Positions 16,195 through 28,795 of a stretch of 64,000 bases of DNA are shown here, one piece after another. The stretch lies in assembly GCF_046105845.1 (NCBI RefSeq), contig NZ_CP151004.1; one strand, given 5' to 3'. The DNA is from Escherichia coli. Its GTDB lineage: Bacteria; Pseudomonadota; Gammaproteobacteria; Enterobacterales; Enterobacteriaceae. The first letter of the stretch is position 1. The number at the start of each line of letters is the position of its first letter. The position numbers and the translations under genes are program-made. The notes below the pieces were generated by a model. The model was not told the origin of the DNA, did no database searches, and saw nothing but the letters and a program-made list of their open reading frames with translations.

Positions 16195-16816
16195 CTTTAC
16201 CTGACCAGATAATTTCACCCGTCTGCACCAGCATCAGCTGCATTTGTAGGGTCGGAGCGTTAACGTTGCCAGAGGCGCTGGAGTACAGCACGTAATGAGC
16301 GCCGACATTGCGGGCAATGCCTATGGCTTTACTACGGGTGCCTAAACTGTCCTGCGGCGACAAACCTAACTGTTGCTTAGCCATCGACAGCTGCTGGGCG
16401 GAAACCAGGGTAAATTTCCCATTATTAGCCAGCGCATTTCGCAGCGTTTCGGTCGCTTCTGCGGCATTCAGCGAACCGTTAGTACGGTTGTTAACGCTAT
16501 CAACCAGCAGGACGCTACCCGCAGTCACGCCGTCAGCCCCAAGCATCTTACTGACCATCGGCTGCATTGCGCCATTCCAGTCATAATGGCGAATATGCGG
16601 CGCAGGCGGTGCAGTTTGATCTTCGTGCTCAATTGGGCCTGGCTGCTGCGGGATTGTCGGCACCGATGGCACTGTGGGGACAGGCTGTTGCGGCTCGGCT
16701 GGTTGTTCCGGCGCTGGTTTCACTTCTTCTACCGGCGCAGGTTCACGTTGCCCCACACACCCGGCGAGAAACATCGCCAGCGCGGTAATCAAGGCGTAGC
16801 GACTCATTTTTGTCAT
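16175..16816 (-). CDS. lpoB: Penicillin-binding protein activator lipoprotein LpoB (YcfM)
   Basis: [20 protein letters not shown] lipobox followed by Pro-rich linker; 213 aa. Confidence 0.93.
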
Positions 16817-16829
16817 CAAGATTCACCCC

Positions 16830-17207
16830 TTACAAATATAGATAAAGTCTGACTTTGTGCGCCCCCAGAAAATTGGCGCTGCCGTACAGCGTTACCGCCG
16901 AATGTGCGGGAATGGTAACGCTGCGTGGCCTTTCCAGAGGATGCATCTCCAGCCCTCTGGCGTCATACCAGTAAAAACGATAATGAACGGTAACGGGTTC
17001 TTGCCTTTCGTTATAAAGCGTTGAGGATGCTGAAGGTTGAATATCAGACGTCGAAAGGACGGGCTTTTCTGCACTGATGCCCGCAGCCAATAAAGATGAC
17101 TCCATCACCAGCGATTGCTCATCATTCACCGGAATTTCCGGATGTGAACGACAGCCCACCAGCACTAACAACGCCAGAGACACCAGCCCAAAGCATCCTT
17201 TTCTCAT
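16830..17207 (-). CDS. ycfL: Lipoprotein YcfL
   Basis: 125 aa, MRKGCFGLVSLALLVLVGC lipobox signal. Confidence 0.9.
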   Translation of the reverse strand: MRKGCFGLVSLALLVLVGCRSHPEIPVNDEQSLVMESSLLAAGISAEKPVLSTSDIQPSASSTLYNERQEPVTVHYRFYWYDARGLEMHPLERPRSVTIPAHSAVTLYGSANFLGAHKVRLYLYL

Positions 17208-17209
17208 CG

Positions 17210-17569
17210 TTACAGACCTTTATGCGCTAGCATTGGTCCCAGCGGACGGCCACCCAACAAGTGCATATGGATGTGGTAAACCTCTTGTCCGCCGTGGCGG
17301 TTGGTGTTCATGATCAGACGATAGCCATCTTCGGCAATACCTTCTTGCTCAGCAATTTTTGCCGCTACGGTGATCATGCGTCCCAGCGCCTGCTCATGCT
17401 CAGCAGACACGTCGTTCACAGTCGGAATGAGGATATTCGGAATGATCAGAATATGCGTTGGCGCTTGCGGCGAAATATCGCGAAACGCCGTTACCAGATC
17501 ATCCTGGTAGACGATATCGGAGGGGATCTCACGACGAATAATTTTGCTGAATATAGTTTCTTCTGCCAC
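17210..17569 (-). CDS. hinT: HIT-family purine nucleoside phosphoramidase HinT (YcfF)
   Basis: HIT motif HIHMHLLGG; recognised N-terminus [16 protein letters not shown] needs GTG start at 17569 (119 aa). Confidence 0.92.
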   Translation of the reverse strand: MAEETIFSKIIRREIPSDIVYQDDLVTAFRDISPQAPTHILIIPNILIPTVNDVSAEHEQALGRMITVAAKIAEQEGIAEDGYRLIMNTNRHGGQEVYHIHMHLLGGRPLGPMLAHKGL

Positions 17570-17777
17570 GACATTTTCCTTTTTCAAATAGCCATGCGTT
17601 GCGCCATGCTACGCCGCGCCACACTGCGAGTATAGAGTATGGTCGAGTTAAACCTGCTCTTTCAACCTTAACTCACGATTTCTTAAGCAAAAAATCGTTT
17701 TGCTGCCGTATATATCGCCATTAATCCCATTTCTGCCTGCGAATGCGCTGAAAAGACATTCTCTGTTTGGTTTACAC

Positions 17778-17812
17778 GATAAATATGAATGCGTATATTT
17801 CTCATTTGCATT
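17778..17812 (+). promoter_or_regulatory. Putative Fur box(es) in fhuE promoter
   Basis: AT-rich hexamer-repeat-like sequence gataaatatgaatgcgtatatttctcatttgcatt ~90 nt upstream of fhuE ATG; partial match to Fur consensus GATAATGATAATCATTATC. Placement approximate. Confidence 0.4.
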
Positions 17813-17902
17813 TACATGCAAAATTATTCGCACACTAAATATAACCGCTCATCATCCTCCTCCGGCATGAGCCTGACGACAACATAAACCAAGAGATTTC
17901 AA

Positions 17903-20092
17903 ATGCTTTCAACACAATTTAACAGGGATAATCAACATCAAACCACCTCCAAGCCGTCACTGCTTGCCGCCTGCATAGTACTGGCACTCTTACCTTCCGC
18001 CGCTTTTGCTGCACCAGCCACTGAAGAAACGGTGATTGTTGAGGGTTCAGCCACTACTCCAGTTGATGACGAAAATGATTACAGCGTAACGTCTACCTCT
18101 GCGGGTACCAAAATGCAGATGACTCAACGTGATATTCCTCAGTCGGTCACTATTGTTAGCCAGCAGCGGATGGAAGATCAGCAGTTACAAACGCTGGGCG
18201 AAGTGATGGAAAACACGCTGGGGATCAGCAAAAGTCAGGCGGATTCCGATCGTGCTCTTTATTATTCCCGCGGATTCCAGATTGATAACTATATGGTTGA
18301 TGGTATCCCCACCTATTTTGAATCGCGCTGGAATCTGGGCGACGCACTTTCTGATATGGCACTGTTTGAACGCGTAGAAGTAGTGCGTGGCGCGACAGGA
18401 CTCATGACCGGGACGGGTAATCCATCTGCGGCAATTAATATGGTTCGAAAACACGCGACCAGTCGTGAATTTAAAGGCGATGTCTCGGCGGAATACGGTA
18501 GCTGGAACAAAGAACGGTATGTGGCGGATTTACAAAGTCCACTCACCGAAGATGGTAAAATCCGCGCGCGAATTGTCGGCGGCTACCAGAATAACGACTC
18601 ATGGCTGGACCGCTACAACAGTAAAAAGACCTTCTTCTCCGGCATTGTTGATGCTGATTTAGGCGATCTTACGACGCTTTCAGCCGGTTACGAATATCAG
18701 CGCATTGATGTTAATAGCCCAACGTGGGGCGGTTTACCGCGCTGGAATACTGATGGCAGCAGCAACAGTTACGATCGCGCACGCAGTACCGCACCTGACT
18801 GGGCGTACAACGATAAAGAGATCAACAAGGTCTTTATGACCCTGAAGCAGCGGTTTGCTGATACCTGGCAAGCGACACTGAATGCCACCCACTCCGAAGT
18901 CGAATTTGACAGCAAAATGATGTATGTCGATGCCTATGTAAACAAAGCGGATGGTATGCTGGTTGGGCCATACAGTAATTATGGACCTGGTTTTGATTAT
19001 GTCGGCGGCACCGGTTGGAACAGCGGCAAACGTAAAGTTGATGCGCTGGATTTGTTCGCTGACGGTAGTTATGAATTGTTTGGTCGTCAGCACAATCTAA
19101 TGTTTGGTGGCAGTTACAGCAAACAAAACAATCGTTACTTCAGTTCATGGGCCAACATCTTCCCGGATGAAATTGGCAGTTTCTACAACTTTAATGGCAA
19201 TTTCCCACAAACCGACTGGTCACCACAGAGTCTGGCGCAGGACGATACCACACATATGAAATCGTTATATGCTGCCACTCGAGTCACCCTTGCCGATCCG
19301 CTGCATCTGATCCTCGGCGCACGTTATACCAACTGGCGGGTTGATACGCTGACTTACAGCATGGAGAAAAACCACACCACGCCTTATGCTGGTTTGGTAT
19401 TTGACATCAATGACAACTGGTCGACCTACGCCAGCTATACCTCTATTTTCCAGCCGCAAAATGATCGTGACAGTTCAGGCAAATATCTGGCTCCAATCAC
19501 CGGTAACAACTACGAGCTGGGTCTGAAATCGGACTGGATGAATAGCCGTCTGACCACCACGTTAGCCATCTTCCGTATTGAGCAGGATAATGTCGCTCAG
19601 TCCACCGGTACACCTATCCCCGGCAGCAACGGCGAAACCGCCTATAAAGCGGTGGATGGGACAGTCAGTAAAGGTGTGGAATTTGAACTCAACGGCGCAA
19701 TTACCGACAACTGGCAGCTGACGTTTGGCGCAACGCGCTATATTGCAGAAGATAACGAAGGAAACGCCGTTAATCCTAATCTGCCACGCACCACGGTTAA
19801 AATGTTCACCAGCTATCGGTTGCCTGTCATGCCAGAGTTGACGGTCGGCGGTGGTGTTAACTGGCAAAATCGCGTGTTTACCGACACCGTGACACCGTAT
19901 GGCACCTTCCGCGCCGAGCAAGGTAGCTACGCGCTGGTGGATCTCTTCACCCGCTACCAGGTGACGAAAAACTTCTCGTTACAGGGGAACGTCAATAACC
20001 TGTTCGACAAAACCTATGATACCAACGTGGAAGGTTCTATCGTCTACGGCGCACCGCGTAATTTCAGCATTACCGGCACGTATCAATTCTGA
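17903..20092 (+). CDS. fhuE: TonB-dependent outer-membrane receptor FhuE (ferric coprogen/rhodotorulic acid)
   Basis: 729 aa, long signal peptide, TonB box ETVIVEG, C-terminal aromatic residue (YQF). Confidence 0.95.
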   Translation: MLSTQFNRDNQHQTTSKPSLLAACIVLALLPSAAFAAPATEETVIVEGSATTPVDDENDYSVTSTSAGTKMQMTQRDIPQSVTIVSQQRMEDQQLQTLGEVMENTLGISKSQADSDRALYYSRGFQIDNYMVDGIPTYFESRWNLGDALSDMALFERVEVVRGATGLMTGTGNPSAAINMVRKHATSREFKGDVSAEYGSWNKERYVADLQSPLTEDGKIRARIVGGYQNNDSWLDRYNSKKTFFSGIVDADLGDLTTLSAGYEYQRIDVNSPTWGGLPRWNTDGSSNSYDRARSTAPDWAYNDKEINKVFMTLKQRFADTWQATLNATHSEVEFDSKMMYVDAYVNKADGMLVGPYSNYGPGFDYVGGTGWNSGKRKVDALDLFADGSYELFGRQHNLMFGGSYSKQNNRYFSSWANIFPDEIGSFYNFNGNFPQTDWSPQSLAQDDTTHMKSLYAATRVTLADPLHLILGARYTNWRVDTLTYSMEKNHTTPYAGLVFDINDNWSTYASYTSIFQPQNDRDSSGKYLAPITGNNYELGLKSDWMNSRLTTTLAIFRIEQDNVAQSTGTPIPGSNGETAYKAVDGTVSKGVEFELNGAITDNWQLTFGATRYIAEDNEGNAVNPNLPRTTVKMFTSYRLPVMPELTVGGGVNWQNRVFTDTVTPYGTFRAEQGSYALVDLFTRYQVTKNFSLQGNVNNLFDKTYDTNVEGSIVYGAPRNFSITGTYQF

Positions 20093-20101
20093 ATAACACC
20101 T

Positions 20102-20130
20102 GTAAAAAAGGCAGCCATCTGGCTGCCTTA
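20102..20130. terminator. Bidirectional terminator between convergent fhuE and ptsG
   Basis: Hairpin aaggcagccatctggctgcctt preceded by aaaaa. Confidence 0.7.
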
Positions 20131-20151
20131 GTCTCCCCAACGTCTTACGGA

Positions 20152-21585
20152 TTAGTGGTTACGGATGTACTCATCCATCTCGGTTTTCAGGTTATCGGAT
20201 TTAGTACCGAAAATCGCCTGAACACCAGAACCAGCAACCACTACGCCCGCTGCGCCCAGTTTCTTCAGGCCAGCCTGATCCACTTTAGACACATCAGCAA
20301 CGCTGACGCGCAGACGGGTAATACATGCGTCGAGGTTAGTGATGTTTTCTTTACCACCAAACGCAGCAACCAGAGCCGGTGCCATTTCGCTGGTACCTGT
20401 CGCTTTTGCATCATCAGTCGCGTCTTCACGACCCGGCGTTTTCAGATCCAGTGCTTTAATCAGCACGCGGAAGATGGTGTAGTAAACAATTGCATAACCG
20501 ATACCGACGATCGGGAACAGCCACAGTTTGCTGCTGTTACCAGACAGAACGATGAAGTCGATCAGACCGTGCGAGAACGACGTACCGTCACGCATCCCCA
20601 GAAGAATACAGATTGGGAATGCCAGGCCTGCCAGAATCGCGTGGATGATGTACAGGATCGGCGCAACGAACATGAAGGAGAACTCGATCGGCTCGGTGAT
20701 ACCGGTCAGGAACGAGGTCAGCGCCGCGGAGATCATAATACCGCCCACTTTCGCGCGGTTTTCTGGTTTAGCAGAGTGCCAGATAGCAATTGCGGCAGCT
20801 GGCAGACCGTACATTTTGAACAGGAAGCCGCCAGACAGTTTACCCGCAGTCGGGTCACCCGCCATATAACGCGGAATGTCGCCGTGGAAAACCTGACCTG
20901 CTGCGTTGGTGTATTCACCAATCTGCATCTGGAAAGGTACGTTCCAGATGTGGTGCAGACCAAACGGTACCAGGCAACGTTCGATGAAACCGTAAATGCC
21001 AAACGCAACTACCGGGTTCTGGTAAGCAGCCCACTGAGAGAAGGTCTGGATTGCAGAACCAATCGGCGGCCAAATGAAGGACAGCACAACGCCAGTAAAG
21101 ATGGCAGCCAGGCCAGAAATGATCGGCACAAAGCGTTTACCGGCAAAGAAGCCAAGATACTCAGGCAGCTTAATACGGTAGAAACGGTTAAACATGTACG
21201 CTGCGATCGCACCGGAGATAATCCCTCCGAGTACGCCAGTATCCGCCAGGTGTTTAGAGGCGATTTCTTCAGCAGGTAAATGCAGTACCAGTGGCGCAAC
21301 CACGGCCATGGTTTTAACCATGATGCCATAGGCAACAACTGCGGCCAGCGCGGATACGCCATCGTTATTGGTAAAGCCGAGGGCGACACCGATCGCAAAA
21401 ATCAGTGGCATGTTTGCAAAGACGGAACCGCCTGCTTCTGCCATAACATGCGATACAACGGCGGGCAGCCAGCTGAAATTCGCGGAACCGACGCCCAGCA
21501 GAATACCTGCGATAGGCAGTACGGATACCGGCAGCATCAGCGATTTACCGACCTTTTGCAGGTTAGCAAATGCATTCTTAAACAT
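20152..21585 (-). CDS. ptsG: PTS glucose-specific EIICB component PtsG
   Basis: 477 aa, [27 protein letters not shown]; C-terminal EIIB domain with active-site Cys ([10 protein letters not shown]). Confidence 0.96.
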
Positions 21586-21615
21586 AATTGAGAGTGCTCC
21601 TGAGTATGGGTGCTT
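21586..21615 (-). promoter_or_regulatory. ptsG 5' UTR ribosome-binding region (SgrS sRNA target site)
   Basis: Minus-strand sequence AAGCACCCATACTCAGGAGCACTCTCAATT immediately 5' of the ptsG ATG; SgrS is known to pair across this region in K-12. Confidence 0.55.
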
Positions 21616-21679
21616 TTTTACGTTCTCACGCGTGGCAAGGGGGGAGAGCCTCGCCGTGTACAGGGCATCTAAGCGCCCT

Positions 21680-21704
21680 TTATTTATTACACAGAGTAAA
21701 ATAA
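21680..21704 (-). promoter_or_regulatory. Mlc operator in ptsG promoter region
   Basis: Palindromic TTATTTATTACACAGAGTAAAATAA ~100 nt upstream of ptsG start, matching the AT-rich Mlc box architecture known for ptsG. Confidence 0.5.
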
Positions 21705-21878
21705 TTCAGTGTCGATTTGTTTGACGGCTATCACGTTTCAACTTCAGATCATTGGAGAAGTTGCACATTTTGACAAAACATATGTCACAATATTTCAAAC
21801 GTGGTTATTCACCGCCCAATTTTCGGCGGTGAACTTTACTCGTTTTAGCCATTAATTACGAGCTTTAAAAAAACTCAT

Positions 21879-22676
21879 TCAACGGATGGATTGAAGGCGG
21901 GAAGCGTCGATGTGAAACAGACGGGCGAAGTTATCGGTGGTTACCTGCGCCAGTTCTTCAACGGCAACACCTTTCAACACAGCCATGTATTCTGCAACGT
22001 CACGAACCATCGCAGGTTGATTCTCTTTTCCTCGATGCGGAACCGGTGCAAGGTAAGGTGAGTCAGTTTCTACCAGTAACCGATCCAGGGGGACATAACG
22101 CGCGGCATCGCGCAGTTGCTCCGCATTACGGAAGGTCACAATGCCGGAAAAGGAGATGTAAAATCCGAGATCCAGTAATTTTCCCGCCGTTTCTCTGTCC
22201 TCTGTAAAACAGTGTAGTACGCCACCGCAATCCGTCACTTTTTCTTCGCGCAGAATTGCCAGCGTATCGGCGCGGGCGTCACGGGTGTGGACGATAACCG
22301 GCTTGTTCAGTTCACGACCAATCTGGATATGATGGATGAAGGACTCTTGCTGACGTACTTTAGTTTCCGGCGTGTAATAATAATCCAGCCCGGTTTCACC
22401 CAGCGCTACAACGCCCTCTTCTGCCGCCAGACGACGTAAATCTTCTACATCGTAGGGATCATTCTGGTTGAGTGGATGCACGCCACAAGAAAATACGACG
22501 TTGTCACGTTCGCCTACCAGATCCCGCATGTGTAAATAACCCGGTAATGTTGTGGCGACTGCCAGACAAAATTTCACATCGCGTGCGGCGGCTTTCGCCA
22601 GAACGTCATCCACGTCCTTATGCAAAGATTCATAATCCAGACCATCGAGATGGCAGTGTGAGTCGACTAAAAACAT
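21879..22676 (-). CDS. ycfH: TatD-family metal-dependent deoxyribonuclease YcfH
   Basis: Recognised N-terminus [11 protein letters not shown] (265 aa) at 22676; ORF track over-extended by 20 codons. Confidence 0.92.
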
Positions 22677-22686
22677 GATGTCTCTC

Positions 22687-23691
22687 TTAAAGATGAGGAA
22701 CCGGTAGCACAACGCCCGGTTGCAGGTAATGCTCAATACGCAGTAAAAGATCGGTGATGAGAAGCTCGCGGTTGATGCCTGTGACAGACATTAACTGTTC
22801 ACGAATGTGGCAAACATCCCCCAGTATAGCCTGCAGGCGCGAGGGAGAAAGATGGTTTGCCAGTTCGACGACCAGGCCCGGCACATCAACATTGGTCACC
22901 TGCGCAGCGCCATGATGGCGTTTTAGCGCATCCATCAGCAACGTTGCCAGCCAGTGTAAACGCGCCGGAGCTTGTTCATGATTAAGGGCCGCTAGCAGCG
23001 AATACCAGTCGCCCGATTGCACGCTATATGCCAGCGCCTGACACAATGTTTCACGAGCCTGCCAGTTATCTCCCTGAAACAACGCCAGTGCCGCCCCAGG
23101 CGAACCGGCGCTTAAGCGCAATGCGGCAAGTAGTGCATCCTGTGACATTGTCACTTCGCGTGAAAGCCAGGTCACGGCGTACTGTTCCGGCGGCGGCGCA
23201 AGGTAATGTAACCGACAACGACTACGTAATGTTGCCAGTAAACGTTCAGGCTCGCGGGTAGCCAGGAAAAACCAGGTTTCTGCTGGTGGCTCTTCAAGCG
23301 TTTTCAGCAATGCGTTAGCCGCGGCGTCAGTCAGTAAGGCAGCATCGGTTACCCAGACAACTTTCGCACCACCTAAGCGTGCGTGCTCATTTAACTTTTC
23401 GGTGACTTCACGTACCGCATCAATGCCCAGCGCATTTTTCCCTTTTTCGGGAGCCAGGGTGTAATAATCGGGATGCGTGCCAGCCTGCATCAACTGACAT
23501 CCACGACAGTGACCGCAACTTTTGTGGCCCTGTGGTTGTTGGCAGAGTAAATAACGGCTCAGGGCGTAGATTAAAGCATCATCGCCCATGCCCGGTAACG
23601 CCTGAATGAGCAGCGCATGGTGACCTCTTCCGGCCTGATAGCTGGCTACCAGTTTTTCGAAATCAGGTCGTAACCATGGATACCATCTCAT
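22687..23691 (-). CDS. holB: DNA polymerase III subunit delta prime
   Basis: 334 aa, [30 protein letters not shown]; Zn-module CGHCRGC. Confidence 0.95.
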   Translation of the reverse strand: MRWYPWLRPDFEKLVASYQAGRGHHALLIQALPGMGDDALIYALSRYLLCQQPQGHKSCGHCRGCQLMQAGTHPDYYTLAPEKGKNALGIDAVREVTEKLNEHARLGGAKVVWVTDAALLTDAAANALLKTLEEPPAETWFFLATREPERLLATLRSRCRLHYLAPPPEQYAVTWLSREVTMSQDALLAALRLSAGSPGAALALFQGDNWQARETLCQALAYSVQSGDWYSLLAALNHEQAPARLHWLATLLMDALKRHHGAAQVTNVDVPGLVVELANHLSPSRLQAILGDVCHIREQLMSVTGINRELLITDLLLRIEHYLQPGVVLPVPHL

Positions 23692-24329
23692 GCGTCCAAC
23701 TCCTTCACCCAGTGGGTCACGGTAGTGCGGATTGCACCCATCACGGCCTCCAGCGGCTGGGTGGCATCAATGGTATGAATGCTTTTATCTTGTGCTGCCA
23801 ATTCCAGATAGCGGGCGCGGGTGCGATTAAAGAAATCGAAAGACTCTTGCTCAATACGATCCAGCTCGCCGCGCGCACGCGCGCGTTTTAAGCCAACTTC
23901 CGGGGTAACATCGAGATAGAGCGTTAAGTCGGGGCGAAAATCCCCGAGAACAGCATCACGCAGTGTTGCCAGCATATGTTGATCAATACCACGTCCGCCG
24001 CCCTGATACGCCTGAGTGGAGAGATCGTGGCGATCGCCAATCACCCAGGTACCGTTAGCCAGCGCAGGTTTGATGACCGTTTCTACCAGTTGAACACGCG
24101 CGGCATAAAACATCAGAACTTCGGCTTTATCGGTAATGACTTCATCGCCTACCGATTTGATATCCAGCACCAGGCTTCTTAACTTTTCGGCAAGTTGCGT
24201 ACCGCCAGGTTCCCGAGTGAAAACCATGTCGCGGATACCCAGTTGCTCGAGCGTCTCAACCACCACGTTACGCGCGGTAGTTTTGCCTGCGCCTTCCAGC
24301 CCCTCAATGACGATATACTTACTGCGCAT
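23688..24329 (-). CDS. tmk: Thymidylate kinase
   Basis: 213 aa, [19 protein letters not shown]-loop; 4-bp overlap with holB start. Confidence 0.96.
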   Translation of the reverse strand: MRSKYIVIEGLEGAGKTTARNVVVETLEQLGIRDMVFTREPGGTQLAEKLRSLVLDIKSVGDEVITDKAEVLMFYAARVQLVETVIKPALANGTWVIGDRHDLSTQAYQGGGRGIDQHMLATLRDAVLGDFRPDLTLYLDVTPEVGLKRARARGELDRIEQESFDFFNRTRARYLELAAQDKSIHTIDATQPLEAVMGAIRTTVTHWVKELDA

Positions 24330-25341
24330 TTTTTTCCTTAAGCACTTTCAGATAATCCTGCACAGACTTGTTATGACTGGCAAGATTGGTATTAAACGTG
24401 TGACCACCTTTACCATCGGCCACAAAATAGAGATACGGCGTTTTTGCCGGATGCGCAGCAGCCTTCAGCGAATCCGCCCCCGGCGTCGCTATCGCACCTG
24501 GCGGCAAACCGGTAATGGTATAGGTGTTATACGCTGTCGGCGTTTCCAGGTCTGCACGAGAAAGTTTGCCATTATAACGCTCTCCCATCCCGTAAATCAC
24601 GGTTGGGTCAGTCTGCAGGCGCATACCAATGCGTAACCGGTTGATAAATACCGAGGCAACCTGATCGCGTTCACTGGCAACGGCGGTTTCTTTTTCGATA
24701 ATTGATGCCATCGTCACCAGCTGGTTTTTATCTTTATAGGGCAGACCGTCAGCACGCCCTTCCCAGGCGCTATCGACCGCTTTCACCATTTTCTTGTGCG
24801 CTCGCTTGAGTAACGCGACATCGGTGGTATTGGCGGTATACATCCAGGTGTCTGGCCAGAACCAACCTTCAATCCACTCTGGGTTTTCCAGTTCAAGTGC
24901 CTGCGCTACGGTGGCGTACTTATCGTCGCTCAGCGTATGCTTGATATACGGGGCCTCACGCAATTGCTTGAGGTAATCGCTCAGACGCATCCCTTCTACC
25001 AGTCGCAGAGGGAACTGTGCTTCTTTACCGCTTTCCAGCAATTTCAGCATCTCGCGCACGGTCATCTGCGGTGTAAAGCGGTAAGTCCCGGCTTTAAAGT
25101 GAGAAAGATCCGGTTCGATACGCAGCAGCCATTGGAAAACCCGTGGGCGATTGATGATCTTATCGGCATAAAGCTGTTCACCGAGCGCCAGACGTCCGGT
25201 CCCTGGCTTCAGGGTAAATATCGTCTCTTCTTTGATAAGCAATTTGCTGTCGGCAAGATGGCGAACCTTCCAGACGCCCACACCAGCGGCGATACCCAGT
25301 ACCACCAGCAATAACAAGATAATCAATAACACTTTTTTCAT
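24319..25341 (-). CDS. mltG: Endolytic murein transglycosylase MltG (YceG)
   Basis: 340 aa, N-terminal transmembrane helix then YceG-like domain; recognised full-length sequence. Confidence 0.94.
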   Translation of the reverse strand: MKKVLLIILLLLVVLGIAAGVGVWKVRHLADSKLLIKEETIFTLKPGTGRLALGEQLYADKIINRPRVFQWLLRIEPDLSHFKAGTYRFTPQMTVREMLKLLESGKEAQFPLRLVEGMRLSDYLKQLREAPYIKHTLSDDKYATVAQALELENPEWIEGWFWPDTWMYTANTTDVALLKRAHKKMVKAVDSAWEGRADGLPYKDKNQLVTMASIIEKETAVASERDQVASVFINRLRIGMRLQTDPTVIYGMGERYNGKLSRADLETPTAYNTYTITGLPPGAIATPGADSLKAAAHPAKTPYLYFVADGKGGHTFNTNLASHNKSVQDYLKVLKEKNAQ

Positions 25342-25343
25342 GA

Positions 25344-26153
25344 CTAATTCGGGCGCTCACAAAGTGGGGCTAAATATTCATATAACGTTGCTGACGAAAA
25401 GGAGACATCGCCACAGGCACGTACGGGCATCACTGGCATTAACGCATTACAAATAACCATCTCATCTGCATGCAACGCCTCTTCCAGAGAGGCTTGCACT
25501 TCGACAAGCTGATAAGAGGATTGTGCCAGTAAACGGATACAGAATTGTCGCATAATGCCGTTAACACCTGCCTGATCCAGTCGCGGCGTATAAACTACAT
25601 TGCCCTTCCGCCAGAACAAATTAGCCGCACAGCATTCCGTAACCCACCCTTCGCTGTCAAGGACCAGCGCCTCATCAGCGTTTGTCTGCTCAAGATGAGA
25701 GCGGATCAATACTTGCTCAAGCCGATTAAGATGTTTAATACCTGCAAGATGAGGATTGCGCCCCAGCCGCACCGGGCTTAGCGCCAACGTCATCCCCTCG
25801 TTACGCAAACGGTCGTAATGTGCGGGATAAACCGTAACGGAGAGAATCCGCGTTGCCGGTCCGCTGTTCAATGTGCTGTATCCTCGCCCGCCACTACCGC
25901 GACTGATCACCACTTTCAGCACACCATTTTGCTGTTCTGCTGCCAGCGTTTTCATCTCTAGTTCAAGCTGAGGCCAGAAGTCACAGGAAATCATCAACCG
26001 CTGACAAGCATCCTGTAGTCGCTGGATATGCGCCGATAACAAACTGACTTTACCGTCGATAACTCTGGCGGTGGTAAAACAACCATCACCAAACTGCGTT
26101 GCCCGATCGCTTACTGCCAGCGATTCCTGCTTATGACCGTTAATTAAGAACAT
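25344..26153 (-). CDS. pabC: Aminodeoxychorismate lyase PabC
   Basis: 269 aa, [24 protein letters not shown]; PLP fold-type IV enzyme. Confidence 0.94.
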   Translation of the reverse strand: MFLINGHKQESLAVSDRATQFGDGCFTTARVIDGKVSLLSAHIQRLQDACQRLMISCDFWPQLELEMKTLAAEQQNGVLKVVISRGSGGRGYSTLNSGPATRILSVTVYPAHYDRLRNEGMTLALSPVRLGRNPHLAGIKHLNRLEQVLIRSHLEQTNADEALVLDSEGWVTECCAANLFWRKGNVVYTPRLDQAGVNGIMRQFCIRLLAQSSYQLVEVQASLEEALHADEMVICNALMPVMPVRACGDVSFSSATLYEYLAPLCERPN

Positions 26154-26272
26154 ACCGGCTCCTTATCAGAGAATTGTTAGTGTGGCAGCATGTTCACTAC
26201 GGAACAAGTCGGAATAAAAGCTAAGAAAAAAGGCCCGCAAGCGGACCTTTTATAAGGGTGGGAAATGACAAC

Positions 26273-27544
<1,272 letters not shown>

Positions 27545-27601
27545 CTAGTGGGACAAAAAGATAAAACTCAGGCGGTCGAACGACCGCCTGGAGATGTTCA
27601 C

Positions 27602-27838
27602 TTACGCCTGGTGGCCGTTGATGTAATCAATGGCAGCCTGAACGGTGGTGATTTTCTCAGCTTCTTCGTCCGGAATCTCAGTATCAAACTCTTCTTCCAG
27701 AGCCATTACCAGCTCAACGGTGTCAAGAGAATCCGCGCCCAGGTCTTCAACGAAAGAAGCATTGTTGGTAACTTCTTCCTGCTTAACGCCCAGCTGTTCG
27801 CCGATAATTTTCTTAACGCGTTCTTCGATAGTGCTCAT
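27602..27838 (-). CDS. acpP: Acyl carrier protein
   Basis: 78 aa, [18 protein letters not shown]...[19 protein letters not shown] (phosphopantetheine-attachment serine in DSLD). Confidence 0.98.
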
Positions 27839-28048
27839 ACTCTTAAATTTCCTATCAAAACTCGCTTTCGCGATGGTTTTCGTAGTGTATAAAATGTTGA
27901 AAAATTTGCAACTAAATCCCGGCAGGTCTTACCACGATTTTACGTTATTTTGAGGCCTTACCCCCCAATAACGCAAATCATTTTGCACTAATTATTACTC
28001 ATAACCACGCAGACTGCGCGCAACATGAGCATTTTGTGCAAATCGCGG

Positions 28049-28783
28049 TCAGACCATGTACATCCCGCCGTTCACATGCAAAGTTTCACCCGTGATGTAA
28101 GCTGCTTCGTCGGATGCCAGGAATGCAACCGCGTTGGCGATTTCCTGTGCGCCGCCGAGGCGACCCGCAGGAACCTGCGCCAGGATACCCGCACGCTGGT
28201 CATCGCTCAGCGCACGTGTCATGTCCGTTTCAATAAAGCCCGGAGCAACAACGTTTACAGTAATACCGCGTGACGCAACTTCGCGCGCCAGTGATTTACT
28301 GAAGCCGATCAAGCCCGCTTTCGCCGCAGCGTAGTTGGCCTGACCGCCATTTCCCATGGTACCAACCACAGAACCGATAGTGATAATACGACCATGACGC
28401 TTTTTCATCATAGCGCGCATTACCGCTTTTGACAGACGGAAAACAGATGAAAGGTTGGTTTCGATAATATCGTTCCACTCTTCATCTTTCATTCGCATTA
28501 ACAGGTTATCACGAGTGATACCGGCATTATTGACCAGGATATCCACTTCACCAAATTCTGCGCGAATTTTTTCCAGAACAGATTCGATAGATGCCGGGTC
28601 GGTCACATTCAACATCAGACCTTTGCCGTTGGCACCTAAATAATCACTGATCGCCTGAGCGCCATTTTCACTGGTCGCAGTGCCAATAACTTTCGCGCCA
28701 CGGGCTGCGAGCGTTTCAGCAATTGCGCGGCCAATTCCGCGGCTTGCACCGGTTACCAGTGCGATTTTTCCTTCAAAATTCAT
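28049..28783 (-). CDS. fabG: 3-oxoacyl-ACP reductase
   Basis: 244 aa SDR, GASRGIGRAIA NADP-binding motif. Confidence 0.97.
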   Translation of the reverse strand: MNFEGKIALVTGASRGIGRAIAETLAARGAKVIGTATSENGAQAISDYLGANGKGLMLNVTDPASIESVLEKIRAEFGEVDILVNNAGITRDNLLMRMKDEEWNDIIETNLSSVFRLSKAVMRAMMKKRHGRIITIGSVVGTMGNGGQANYAAAKAGLIGFSKSLAREVASRGITVNVVAPGFIETDMTRALSDDQRAGILAQVPAGRLGGAQEIANAVAFLASDEAAYITGETLHVNGGMYMV

Positions 28784-28795
28784 GATTTTCCTCTT

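Noticed and set aside
20155-21279. 374-aa ORF on the plus strand, antisense to ptsG
   Set aside because: Fully nested inside the well-supported ptsG gene; composition (Arg/Thr/Val-rich, no hydrophobic core pattern) is typical of an antisense artefact in a GC-biased membrane-protein gene.
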